A stretch of DNA of 64,000 bases, from the NCBI GenBank assembly GCA_032718475.1, contig JAUCBJ010000423.1:7123-71122 (forward strand), given 5' to 3'. Below the pieces are notes generated by a model. It saw nothing but the letters and a program-made list of their open reading frames with translations, was not told the origin of the DNA and did not search any database. Shown piece after piece: positions 12,471 to 23,925 of the stretch; position 1 is the first letter of the stretch, and each line of letters starts with the position of its first letter. A program made the translations under genes and the position numbers. Origin of the DNA: Nemertoderma westbladi (lineage: Eukaryota; Animalia; Xenacoelomorpha).

Positions 12471-12859
12471 CTCGTTATCACTAGAATAGGGAACATTCAA
12501 ACCAGCGAACGGAACATTGGGGCAGTAGGCGAGGAACACGAGACTGAATAGAATACATGAACCGGCTGAGATTGCGCAAAGACGTAAAATTCCTCGGCAT
12601 GTGATTTTGAGGAGCTTGGAGAGAATGCCTCCGGTTAATGTACCGCCGGCCCCGCCCCCCACTATAAGTGCACCGAGGATGTAGGAAGCAGTGCTGCTGG
12701 TCACACCGTATTGGGTTTGTATGAACTTTAACAGGAACGCAGCGCAACCATTTATAAGGAATCCGTTGAGACAGCAGGTAAGTACTACGAACATGTAGGT
12801 TGGATTCTGTATTAAGTACCAAACGCATTTAGGCAAGTCTTTCATACTTTCTCCAAAAC
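12471..12859 (-). CDS. SLCO4-like: SLCO/OATP transporter, coding exon 3
   Basis: Acceptor tttgctttcag|GT (phase 1), donor GAG|gtaaat (phase 0); GFGESMKDLPKCVWYLIQNPTYMF...FLLKFIQTQYG...CPNVPFAG. Confidence 0.92.
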
Positions 12860-13444
12860 CTGAAAGCAAATCAAGGATTTCTAGTAGGCCTGCTGCTGTT
12901 GTGACCCTTATGATTCATTGCTTGTGTAGTGTGGCCTTCATAGATGAAGTAATCTGAATAGGTTAATACACATAGAGGAAGTGAAAGTTATAGTATTTTA
13001 GTACCGGTACCGGTAGTCTCGGTACAGTCTACCTGACTGGTGTATAGAAACTATGTGAATTTCTAGTCCATAAACTTTCAGCTGTTAAGCCTACAAACTT
13101 AAAATATATTAGACCATTTGTCGTAATTTGTAGATACAGTGACACAACTAAAGTTTATGGAGGTTCTTTGAGCAATACAATAATATGAGTTTATGGGCAT
13201 ATTGATGTAATATAATGGTTTAGTTCAGTTAGTTCATAATAGTTTAGTTCACTCCAATTCATTTATTATGGACATATTGACCTACTGTACACAGTAATTT
13301 GTTAAGTTGATAATTTGACCCACACGGTAGTTTGATGGCAGATAGTGGCCACAAACTACAAATTGGCCATATATGAAAAAAAGTGATCTCCTATCTGTCA
13401 GTGCAAATTTTTCATTATTTTTTGTTAAACTCAAAGTTGGTGTC

Positions 13445-16184
13445 TGTTCGCGCTTTTAGACCTTTGGCAGTTTAACCCTATTAAACCCGGGGGGGGGGGT
13501 CAATATGACCCCCTCCGTGGTTTTTTTATTATAATTCTGAAACAAACGCAGTTGGGAATCTGAAATTTTATGACTTTTCCTAAAAATCTATTGTCGTCAT
13601 GGTAGTGAAAACCGTTTTCAAAAATATTGGGTACTTTTCGAGTTATAGCACCATTTTTTAACCTTACTTTTGGCACTTTTTTTGAGACGTTTTTTGAAAA
13701 TTACATTTCATTAAATATGAATTGTAACATCTCTATTTTTGATTTACACCGGTTTTTTGGTGTTAGAAATTGGATGGAATTCATATAAATTGATTTAGAA
13801 ATTTCAAACTTGTTTTTTTCGATGGGTGCCAAATTTTGGTGCCAGCACCAAATTATGAAATAAGTCAATTTTGTAAATTGATTGTTTGAAACTTGTTTTT
13901 TACGCAATTGGGGTTTTTTGAGGTTCTGGATTCGATGAAATATATAAGAGTTGAACCAAGCGTATCAAACTTGTATTTTTCGGTGCTGTGTGCTAATTTT
14001 GGTGCTAGCACGAAATTTTGAAAATCCATTCAATATATAAAATTGCTTGTGACAATTTATTTCTTGCGTTTTAGAGGTTTATGGCTGTTCTGAATTCAAT
14101 GGAAAATATAATTATCGAACTAGACATCTCAAACTTGTATTTTTCGGATGTGGGTGCAAAATGTGGTGCTAGCACCAAATTTTGAAAACCATCCAATATA
14201 TCAATTGATTTTGTCACCTTGTTTCTTGCGTTATACGGGTTTGTGATGGTTCTGAATTCAATGGAATCAGTAAAAATTTCATAAGAGTTCTCAAACTTGT
14301 ATTTTTCGCCGGTGGGTGAAAATTGTTGTGCCAGCACCAAATTTTGGAAAATATGTAAGTTGATAAGTAGATAGTATCACCTTGTTTCTTGTGTTATACG
14401 GGTTTATGAGGGTCCTGAATCCGATGGAATCAATAAAAACAGCACTGGACATCGCAAACTTGTACTTTTTGGTGATGGGTACGAAATTTGGTGCTAGCAC
14501 CAAAATTTGCTAAGTTACGCCGAAAAATACAAGTAGCAATGATCTGGCATATTAGAAATGTATTCCATTAAAATCAGCGCCCTCGAAAACCTGAAAATGT
14601 GAATTTATAGCATCGTATAAGTGAATTAAAAATTTTGTGTTCTAACTGAAAAGTGCTGGTTACTTGTTTTTTTCATTTTTTTCCTACGCAGATAGGACTA
14701 AACAGCCATTTATAGTAATCATATCATTTTTAAATATTTTCCAATGTATTTTGCACCCCAAAAAACCTGTATTGAAAAATAATTAGCCGAAAATGTAACT
14801 TTCAAATTTTGTGAAAATTGTGCACTACTTGTAATTTTGGTGCTGCAATATAACCACCCCAGTACATTTTTTCGAAAATTTCTTTTTTCGGTCGGATCCA
14901 GACAAGTGATACCTACGTACAAACAAAAAATCAGACGTTTTCGTAAATATTTGTAGATTTTAGAGGGGGGGGGGGGGTCAATATGACCCCCTCCCGGTAT
15001 TTGTACAACATTTTATAGCCCGGTACTAATAGGGTTAACCCGCCAAATTATGATGTCTTCTAGATAATAAATCACTTTTAGTCTATGACAAGTATTTAAT
15101 TCACTACACTAGTCGAAACCAATCTGTGCGCGATCATTCACCCGCTGGATATACCCGGGAGATTGGGTTCGACGGCTTAATCTTATTGCTATGTAAGCCT
15201 AATGTATTATTCGAGTGACAGTATTATATAATCTCTGACAATATTATTCACCTTCGGGGAATATTAACAGTTCCTTTAGGACGTGGCGCTCTATTTATAC
15301 AAACAGAGTTATGACTTAAACTACTCACAACGATATGGCTTAGTTATAATTCACATATATGGCGCATTCTTTAGGAAATGCTTCGTTATCAGGTTCACTC
15401 ATACACAATGCTGCACAATACTGCACACTGATCTGCCGATCTTCACTGATTTTAGTTATATATAAAAGGAACATGGACTGACTCATGTAGGGTCTATCAA
15501 ATAACATTAGATTCACTGCAAACCACTTTAACATAAGTCACAATCGTTATATGTAACCTTTCTCTCTTACCTTCGGTATATCAAGAATATTGGGTTTCGG
15601 GGTTATTTATCGTTATTCCAAATATAATAATTCATCAACCATATTATGAAGAACTGACAGTAAAGAGCAGTATAACAATATAAAAGTATGCACAGTAATT
15701 CAGTGTGCGTTAAGTTCATTAGTTTATGAGTTTGTTTTGTTTGTTATGATCAGTTTGATAACGGATATATGCCCTTTATAATTAAGCCTACTAGTGTTAG
15801 ACTAAAACAGAAAAGCACAAAATATTTACAAGCCGTTCTCTCCTGGCTTAGGAAAGAAAGACCAACAACACTGAAAAACTGATAAGAATCACCTTATTTA
15901 CAAAGGCTTCCACCCAACACAGAGAAAGAGCATAAAGATAGGAAATTCAGTTCAGTAGATCTGTGATAGGTCGAAATCAAATCAACTCAAATCCTATAGG
16001 CAGATACTTTCCCAAGCTGGTTGGACAATCAAACGTAGCCCAGATCCCTTCGCACAGCGAATCAGCCAATCAGCCGGTAGCTTGCGCTATTCGAGTTATA
16101 GATCCCTTTTTAGAGTATTCTAGCGACTGGGGGGGAACTGGTTAGCAAGGCAAACGAATCAGTTATCCCACAAAAGCTTTTACA
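13445..16184 (-). repeat. BEL-B 3' LTR (interrupted at 13476-15034)
   Basis: Matches 29764-30940; only about five substitutions spotted by eye. Confidence 0.95.
13476..15034. mobile_element. Non-autonomous piggyBac-like DNA transposon
   Basis: TTAA duplicated at 13472-13475 and 15035-15038 (single TTAA in the other LTR); CCCTATTA...TAATAGGG termini; subterminal GGGGGTCAATATGACCCCC near both ends; about five ~162-bp internal tandem units (TCAAACTTGTATTTTTC); no transposase. Confidence 0.9.
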
Positions 16185-19100
16185 CCGCTCCCAGAAAATG
16201 GGATTTAAGTCTATAAAATATACAAAATCACAATTTCTAATATACATAAATACTCTAAACAGTTAGTCTTTCTTGCGCGGATGGCGTTTACGCAGTTTTT
16301 TAAAGCTAGCCAGAGTCTTTTTCTCTTTGGGGCGAGCCACTTTACGAGGAGGGCTGTAGCTCCTAGGCGAAGGGTGCAATATAATTGCATCAGAAGGTGC
16401 AGGGTTACGATCAGTGTCTCATCCATTTCGATATGCTTCTCCTCGAGCTGATTTTCCTCCGCTTGTCATGGGAGACGTTCGTTCAAAAACTCTCGCAGAG
16501 AATAGGGTTTTCTAAGCTTGATATCTTCTTTGAGATTCGAGATTTCCCAATCGAACTGAGATAAGGCCAATTCGTTTATCGATTGGACTTACTGTTATAA
16601 CTTACGTTTATCTGAACAAACGCAGGCTTCCTTTCTGATCTTTGTAGAATAGCGTTTAACTCGTTTGGTACAACGTTCTCCGCCACTCTGGTGACAGGTT
16701 GTATCGTGTCAAGCCGGGACGATGGTAAGGGTTAAACAGCAATATTAAATGTCCGCGTCCCAATCCGGCTAGGTAGGATGGGCTAATATCTAAGAAACCC
16801 ACAACTGGGGTGCCACCGACTAATCGTTCAGGTAACACTAGATCTTTGAGCAGTGAGCACAGCTCGGGAGGATTCGTCATATTAATAGGATCAAGAGTCT
16901 GAGGTCTCACTAGGGAATGAGGAGTTCTGATCGAGTATTCCGAAACTCTGATCATTGGTTTATTTAAGGATCGTCTGAGTCAAACGAGCGTAGGTGATAC
17001 ATTGAACAAGTTTCGCTCGAAACTCCCGTAAGTATAGCGAGTAAAACCGTGTTCAAAGCAACGTCTCCGCGGATGTTTATGTCTTTCCGTTTGTTGGTTG
17101 GGTCTTGGGCATTCATCGCAATAATACCAAAGACGCACGTCTTGAAGGGGAAACGCGGGTGATCGCTCTCCAGTTTTACAATATTCCTCCATCTGTTCGA
17201 AGCTATCTGGAACGACAGGTAGCGGTCGATCGGCGGTAAGATACATCGTCGTAAAATAGAGCCGTTTGAGTTCCATCATAGGATCTGGATGGATACCTTG
17301 AGGATATCGAGTTTCGAGGTTTTGTTGACTGGCAACATTGAGATAGGTCTCTCTTAGGAATTCAAGATAATCGTTGAAACCGTTACGTTTATCAGGTTCT
17401 TCAACGTCTTCTCTTTCGAGTCTGTTTCGAATAGAATTCTCGTATTAGAATTTTGGTTTATCGTTTAGACTCCTCTGGGTAGGATATGTTCGACATAGTC
17501 CGTATCGTGTAAATCGATAGAATGACCAGTAGTTAAGAAGCCCACATACGTACCATTACGCTGCGTATATCGAGCAGCGAATTTTCTATAGTCCAACTCT
17601 CGCGAGAGCTGCACTTGGGACATTGCCGGTTCGATATAACGACCATCGTCCTCCGCAGCAGTTGGACTAACGTCGCCGCGTATTAAGCTATCAACAAACG
17701 CTTGTAAAAGTAGAGTATATCGCTCCCTGATACCAAGACCATCTTCTATCAACTCCGTCATATCTGCTATATATGAGTTTATCCATATTATAAGGAGTTT
17801 ATATTTAGGCGAGCGGGCGTCGCTGCCTACCCCAATCAACCCCCGGACAGTACGAGATCCTCAGCGCCGATGTGTCGTCGCCGCTGTACTTTCGCCAACG
17901 ACGTAGCCGCACAACGACAACGACAACCGGCACAAGTCACTCAACTGTCCGTCCCAAAGGCTTAGATGTACTTCAGGTTTTCCTTGGAGAGTTAGGTTAC
18001 TTTTACGATTGCGACTAGCTACTGTAAACACACTTTAGCAGTAACATTCACCTATAAACTCACAAATACCACACAACTGGTCACAACTACGCACATTCGG
18101 GCCATTTGTCCATTAGTCAATGCCTTCCAGAATGTCACTGTATTATTATGTATCCTTGGATACTAGTAGTGCGCTATTTATTCCCTATGCTATTCAATGG
18201 GACAAGCTTTCTATTGTTCTTTTAACTCAATTCTAATTCTAGCATGGTTGTTGCTATGGTGACATTATGCAAAGCTAGCGGTAGAATTAGGGTAATTCCA
18301 ATACATACAGATCTGGGATGTTATTTAATAGTAATTCTTTAATAGTCAATGTCCTGTTTTATACATGACTTTATGAATTTTATCGGCTATTGACTATGTT
18401 TGGGAGACTTTCGCACACTCATACGCATAAGAAGATAAATCTCCGCTCCCCTGATCTATTAATTAATGGAATTTTGGGAATGTTATAAATTGCGTAAAAA
18501 TGGCAATTTATTAAATTCATTAAAAGGCATGAATTTAAATTAATTCCCTGAAATTTTATTATTTGATAATTAAATGGACATATTTTGATTCTAGAACATG
18601 TCTAGGGACACAAGATCCTTAATTCTATGACAATTGTCTTTTTTAAGAATATCGGTAAATGCTACGATATCTTAATTGACTAGAATTGTTGAAGGATCTG
18701 AATTTTACAGATTTTGATTTACTAAATTTGCAAATATTAAATAATTAATATTTGAGATGGGCACCGATTTATTCCAGAACTTGTCTGGGGACGTTAACCA
18801 CTGATTCTAGAATTTGTCTTTCAAGTATATCGGTGGGTGCCGCGATATCTTAATCGACTAGAATTACAGATGGTCAAAGGGTTTAACAGATTTATTTTGC
18901 GTTATACGCTACTGTTAAAGGGACATCACGCTACTATATGTATTATTTAATATACGGTATGAGAGCAATATCGCACGAAGCAATGTCAGTGTGAAGAGGC
19001 AAGTCGTTTCCAAGGTCTACCCAGAGCTTGGTTTAGCCGAGACACGAGGATCTGAACTTTGCATTCCTAATACTCTGCCTACCAATAATACTTAAATATA

Positions 19101-19403
19101 GTAGTGGCTTTATTGTACTTTAATAAGTACGGACATTTCATCTTACTGTAGTTACGTATTTATAATATAATACGGACAGTAAGGAAAGAGAAAAAATAAT
19201 TATTTCTTCGCCGTCTCACTAAATATAAGATAAGTAATTACGTACATAATAAACACGAATATATTGCACTATTCTAAAATAACATTCTACTAAATAAAAT
19301 TAAAGAAAACGATTATAATAAAATTACATAGTAATACATACATAAATATAAAAATAATAAAATAATATAAAATAATAGAGTCACACGCCCACTCCGAACG
19401 ATA

Positions 19404-22400
19404 TTAAGTTGGGGAGTCCCTAGATGTCGGTTGGATTAGGGAAGTGGTCGTGGGAAGAGTTTCTTGCCTTCCATAGTTTCCGGAGAGCTCTCTGTCTCTT
19501 TCCAGTAAACATAAACGACCCACTGGGCGATTGAGCTGTTGAGTCTCAAAGACTATCCCTGGTTTCTTAAAGTTCCGCCGCATGACGACGAGCTCTACTG
19601 ATCGCACCAAACCATCGCTCGAGATATGTGTCTCGATGATACGACCTGTTTGCCATCGCTTACGTGGGAGATCGGGGTCCACAATAAGCACCATGTCTCC
19701 AGCGCTGACGTTTTCTTGCTGCGCAAACCACTTAGTTCGAAGTTGTAGAGTGGGCAGGTAATGTTTCTCGAAATGGTCAGCGAAACGACGGGATAGCAAC
19801 TGCATAAGTTGCCAGGTTCGACGGCAGTACTCGTCTCCGTCTGTGATCTCCGATCGTGGGAGCATGGCTACGGGTTTCTTCAGTAGAAAGTGCGCGGGTG
19901 TTAGCGCTTCCAGGGAATCCGGATTTGAAGAGACTGGCATAAGCGGTCTTTCGTTGAGATAGGCGGCGATTTCCTCCATTAACGTCCGCAATAGTTCGTC
20001 GGTGAGATAAGCGCGACAAGGCACAATAAAGTGGAACGCAGTCTTCACGCTCCTAATCAATCTCTCCCAACTTCCTCCCCACCAAGGGGCGTCGGCGGCG
20101 TTGAAGGTCCAGCTAGACGCTGTTATCCTTAGCTGATCGTCCACCTGTCTTTTGTTCCAGTCCTTTACGTAAGCTTGAATTTCGTTGTTGGCGCCAATGA
20201 AGTTCGTTCCCTTATCTGATCTCATCGTGTTACTGGTTCCGAAGCGAGCGATCTGTCGTCGTAAACTCAACACGAAGCTGTTGGTGGATAGATCGTTTAC
20301 CATATCGAGATGGATGGCTCTACAAGTCATACAAACGAAGATGACACACCATCTCTTGACTATAGTCCGGGCACGATATACTTCAATAGGGCCAAATAAA
20401 TCCACACCGGTATTAGTAAAGGGTGGTTCATAGAAGCTTACTCTTTCCCTAGGTAATTCTGCCTCTCGCTGTGTTAAAGGCCTACTGAATGCTTTCCTAC
20501 AGGGTATGCAGTTCCTAAGAACTTGGTTCAGAGCCCTACGGGGTTTATAAAAATAGTAGCGAGTTCGAATTTCGCTCAGAACTCGTTCTCTACCAGCATG
20601 ATACAGTTTGCTATGAACATCTACAATTATCTTGATTTGTATGTCAAGATTTCTAATGAGGATGGGAAACTTAGTGTCAAAGGATAATGGGGCGTTGGTC
20701 AGTCTACCTCCAACACGTATTAACCCATCTATCATGGTACTAGAGAAGCGATCCCTTAAGCGCATCTGTGGATTTCTTAACAACAGGAAATACTTATCGG
20801 AATCCTCATAACATTGTAGAAGTCTCAGCATCTGTTTGTTGGTTTCATCATGCTCCTGGTAACTGATCTTCTCCTTTAGAAACCTGTCGGATACCTTGTA
20901 TTGGGGAAGATCTTTAACAACATGGACTCGTGCAGATGTTGATGGAGCATCATCACTATGGGTCTTTGTCCCGGAGTAACGATGATGAAAACATCGTTTT
21001 AAATAGGTGACAGCTTTACAGAGCCGATTCCAGGAACTGTAGTGACGTATCGCTCTCTGCAAGAGAGGCGAGAGTCCTTGCGAAATATCTGGTATTCCAG
21101 ATTTCCAATCCTTGTCACGGATTTCCAAGACTTCTCTAGTCGTGGCGGTGGGTTTCTGATCCAAAGCATCCTCTCCGGAAGTAACTAATACAGATAGATC
21201 AACCGCAGGTTTAAACAACTTCGATTTACTCGCTCGAGTTTTGGGTTTAACTTTCTCCGCTCCCTTGGCCTGTCTGATCTCTGCTGTGGTGAGATGAGGA
21301 GGCCATTCTTCTTCTTCTCTGTAGAGAAAGTCGGGTCCTCCTAACCATTCGGGAGTATTTACCAATTCCTTTGGAGTCGCTCCTCGGGACGCGATGTCTG
21401 CTGGATTAATCGTTCCGGGGCAATGTCTCCATTGGTCCATCGTCGTGCGACTAAGTATGATGGCTACCCTGTTGGTAACGAAGACGCTGAACTGACAGAC
21501 TTCATTGGTTATATACTCTAACACGAGTAAAGCGTCGGTCCAATAGACAGTTTTCTCTAATGGATAGTCAATCTGTTCGGTTACATTCCGGCCGATGGCT
21601 GTAGCGTATAGAGCCGCTTTTAACTCCGCTCGAGGAACTTTCAACTTGTTGTTGATTAATGCCTTAGAAGTAACCAGGGCGACTTTGATTCCATCCGGAG
21701 TTTCCACTCTTAGGTAGGCTACTATACCTATTCCCATATCGCTGGCGTCTCCAAACACATGGAGTTGATAGGAATACGTAGGGAGAACATGACCAAAATA
21801 TGAACGGGAAATTATAAAATCCTCGATAGCTGGCAGAGAATCTTCCCATTTCATCCACTGCTTCAATAATTCCCCCTTAAGTGGATCGTCCCATGAGTGG
21901 TTTTCAAGCCACATTTGTTGTACCAAACTACGAGCAATCAATATAACTGGGCTAATAAATCCCAATGGATCGAAATAAGTGCTCAGTATACTTAAGCAAA
22001 TCCGTTTGGTTCGAACTGGATTATCTCGCTGTTTTAGCTGGAAAAACAGGATATCTCGCTCTGTGTCCCATTTCAAGCCGAGTGTCTTGGTTTCTGGCAG
22101 ATCATCTTTGATCAAATCGAGATCTTTCGCTCCTCGATCTTCCGCAGGGATCGACTCCAGAAACTCACGGGAGTTGCTGGTGAATTTGGTTAATCGAAAT
22201 CCACCTCTTTTTAAGCACTCTACCGTTCCTTTAGCGACTTCAATGGCTTCCTCAACTGATGGAAGGGACTTCAGATTGTCGTCCATGTATATGTCTCTCT
22301 TGATGTTGTCGATCACTTCCTTAGAGAAGGCCTCTCGGTTGTCCTCTGCAGTGGTACGCACTACCGAACAGGCGTTGGAAGGGCTTGAGATTATCCCAAA

Positions 22401-23831
22401 GGCCTGGATGGTCATCCAGTACTCCACCGGTTTCTGGTTGAGGTCTCCTTCGGGCCACCACAGAAATCGTAGACTATCTCGATCCCTATCTAGCACCTTG
22501 ACTTGTAAGAACATGCCTTCTATATCGGAGGCGAAAGCAATCGAATATTGTCTCAATCTTAAAAGAATTCCCAACAAAGATTGAAGCAAGTTGGGTCCGG
22601 GTAACAATTCAGAGTTAAGGGATTGACCCATGTAAAGAGCGGAGCCATCAAACACTACTCTCACTTCGTGTGGCTTACCGGGTTTAGGAACGTAATGGTG
22701 AGTTAAGTAATACGTTCTTTCAGTCACAGGTGTTTCTTCCGGTACTCTCTCCGCGTATCCCTTACTAATAAATTTTTCCAGCTGTGTTTGATACATTGCT
22801 TTAGCTGAAGAATTAGCCGTAAGGCGTCGATGGAGTTGCGCGATTCTTTTTTCCGCCAAAGGTCTGTTATTGATGAACTTCGGTTCTCTCTTGCGAAAAG
22901 GTAAACCGACTTCGTACCTTCCTTGATCTTTGAGGAAACGTGTAGTTGTCTCTTGGATCTGCTTGGCCCTTTCCTCTTCCACCGACAAGGCTTTATCGTA
23001 GGAATTGGGCTCTACCGCCTCTTGCGTAAAGAATCGTACTGCATGTTCATCATGAGTCTTGGCATTGCAACGCTCAATGACGTCATTTAACTCGTCGTTG
23101 TAAGCTTCTCGTTCAGATGGATAGAGAAGTTGACATAAGTTCACTTGGTTTTGCCAAGCCTCGTTTTCCTTAAGGAGATCGATGGTATTCTCCTCATCAA
23201 AAAGCTGGTGAACGTCGTCGTTATCTGAGGAGTATGGAATTCCCTCAGTTGAATCGTCTCCCTCACTAGCATCATCTTCCCATTCACTCACCTGGCAGAC
23301 TCTCTCTTGCGGTAGTCTTTCTCTGAGTGTTCTACGGGAAGGGCCAGTAAAGTACCAACCTACTCTAGTTCTTACCGCATAGGTCTGTAGGGGCTGCGGT
23401 TGAGCAGGCCGTTTCTCTAATGTCTCCAGCGCCTCATGCGCGTTTTGGCCGATGAGTATTTGCACTCCAGGATAATCAGTCTGGAATCGAGGTATGTTAA
23501 GATGTTGGATGCTCTCATCCTCGTCCCAATTATAAAGGTCTGCCTGAGTAGTAGCGAAGTTCTTTATAGCCACCATTTTCACTGACCTTATGCTGTGTTC
23601 TCCTAGTTCGTCCTGGGGGGTGGACAACGCTCCTACATAATAATCCGCTGTGATTGTAGATTTCCAAACTTGCATGATGCCGGACATGTTGAGCTTAGTT
23701 TGGAACTTGAGTTGTCCAGCAAATATATCTTCGGCTAGCTCTTTGTCGATGAATGTTCCTGTACTACCGGAGTCAAGGAGGGCGTTCACTACATAACTCC
23801 TCTTAGGTCCGTGAACCCTTACTTGCACCAC
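19404..23831 (-). CDS. pol: BEL/Pao Pol (protease, RT, RNase H, integrase); frame open upstream to ~23955
   Basis: ALLDSGS; RVVFDGS, DIEGMFLQV, YMDD; VFGDAS, PRAEL, YWTD, NPADIASRG; H..H..CIPC, GVDLFGP, SDKGTNF, GGSWERLIRSVK. 1475 aa without stops. Confidence 0.97.
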   Translation of the reverse strand: MVQVRVHGPKRSYVVNALLDSGSTGTFIDKELAEDIFAGQLKFQTKLNMSGIMQVWKSTITADYYVGALSTPQDELGEHSIRSVKMVAIKNFATTQADLYNWDEDESIQHLNIPRFQTDYPGVQILIGQNAHEALETLEKRPAQPQPLQTYAVRTRVGWYFTGPSRRTLRERLPQERVCQVSEWEDDASEGDDSTEGIPYSSDNDDVHQLFDEENTIDLLKENEAWQNQVNLCQLLYPSEREAYNDELNDVIERCNAKTHDEHAVRFFTQEAVEPNSYDKALSVEEERAKQIQETTTRFLKDQGRYEVGLPFRKREPKFINNRPLAEKRIAQLHRRLTANSSAKAMYQTQLEKFISKGYAERVPEETPVTERTYYLTHHYVPKPGKPHEVRVVFDGSALYMGQSLNSELLPGPNLLQSLLGILLRLRQYSIAFASDIEGMFLQVKVLDRDRDSLRFLWWPEGDLNQKPVEYWMTIQAFGIISSPSNACSVVRTTAEDNREAFSKEVIDNIKRDIYMDDNLKSLPSVEEAIEVAKGTVECLKRGGFRLTKFTSNSREFLESIPAEDRGAKDLDLIKDDLPETKTLGLKWDTERDILFFQLKQRDNPVRTKRICLSILSTYFDPLGFISPVILIARSLVQQMWLENHSWDDPLKGELLKQWMKWEDSLPAIEDFIISRSYFGHVLPTYSYQLHVFGDASDMGIGIVAYLRVETPDGIKVALVTSKALINNKLKVPRAELKAALYATAIGRNVTEQIDYPLEKTVYWTDALLVLEYITNEVCQFSVFVTNRVAIILSRTTMDQWRHCPGTINPADIASRGATPKELVNTPEWLGGPDFLYREEEEWPPHLTTAEIRQAKGAEKVKPKTRASKSKLFKPAVDLSVLVTSGEDALDQKPTATTREVLEIRDKDWKSGIPDISQGLSPLLQRAIRHYSSWNRLCKAVTYLKRCFHHRYSGTKTHSDDAPSTSARVHVVKDLPQYKVSDRFLKEKISYQEHDETNKQMLRLLQCYEDSDKYFLLLRNPQMRLRDRFSSTMIDGLIRVGGRLTNAPLSFDTKFPILIRNLDIQIKIIVDVHSKLYHAGRERVLSEIRTRYYFYKPRRALNQVLRNCIPCRKAFSRPLTQREAELPRERVSFYEPPFTNTGVDLFGPIEVYRARTIVKRWCVIFVCMTCRAIHLDMVNDLSTNSFVLSLRRQIARFGTSNTMRSDKGTNFIGANNEIQAYVKDWNKRQVDDQLRITASSWTFNAADAPWWGGSWERLIRSVKTAFHFIVPCRAYLTDELLRTLMEEIAAYLNERPLMPVSSNPDSLEALTPAHFLLKKPVAMLPRSEITDGDEYCRRTWQLMQLLSRRFADHFEKHYLPTLQLRTKWFAQQENVSAGDMVLIVDPDLPRKRWQTGRIIETHISSDGLVRSVELVVMRRNFKKPGIVFETQQLNRPVGRLCLLERDRELSGNYGRQETLPTTTSLIQPTSRDSPT

Positions 23832-23925
23832 AGGAAACTCTCGGATCCCTACATTGGAAGATGGCTCTTTCCAAGATGGTTGTCGCTCAGAAGTAGTTAG
23901 AGTGAAGTCGTTGTCTGTATCTTTT

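Noticed and set aside
15283-16145. Duplicated small protein genes (also 30039-30901, 35490-36920, 49373-50806)
   Set aside because: These ORFs recur only because they lie in paired LTRs; no coding features.
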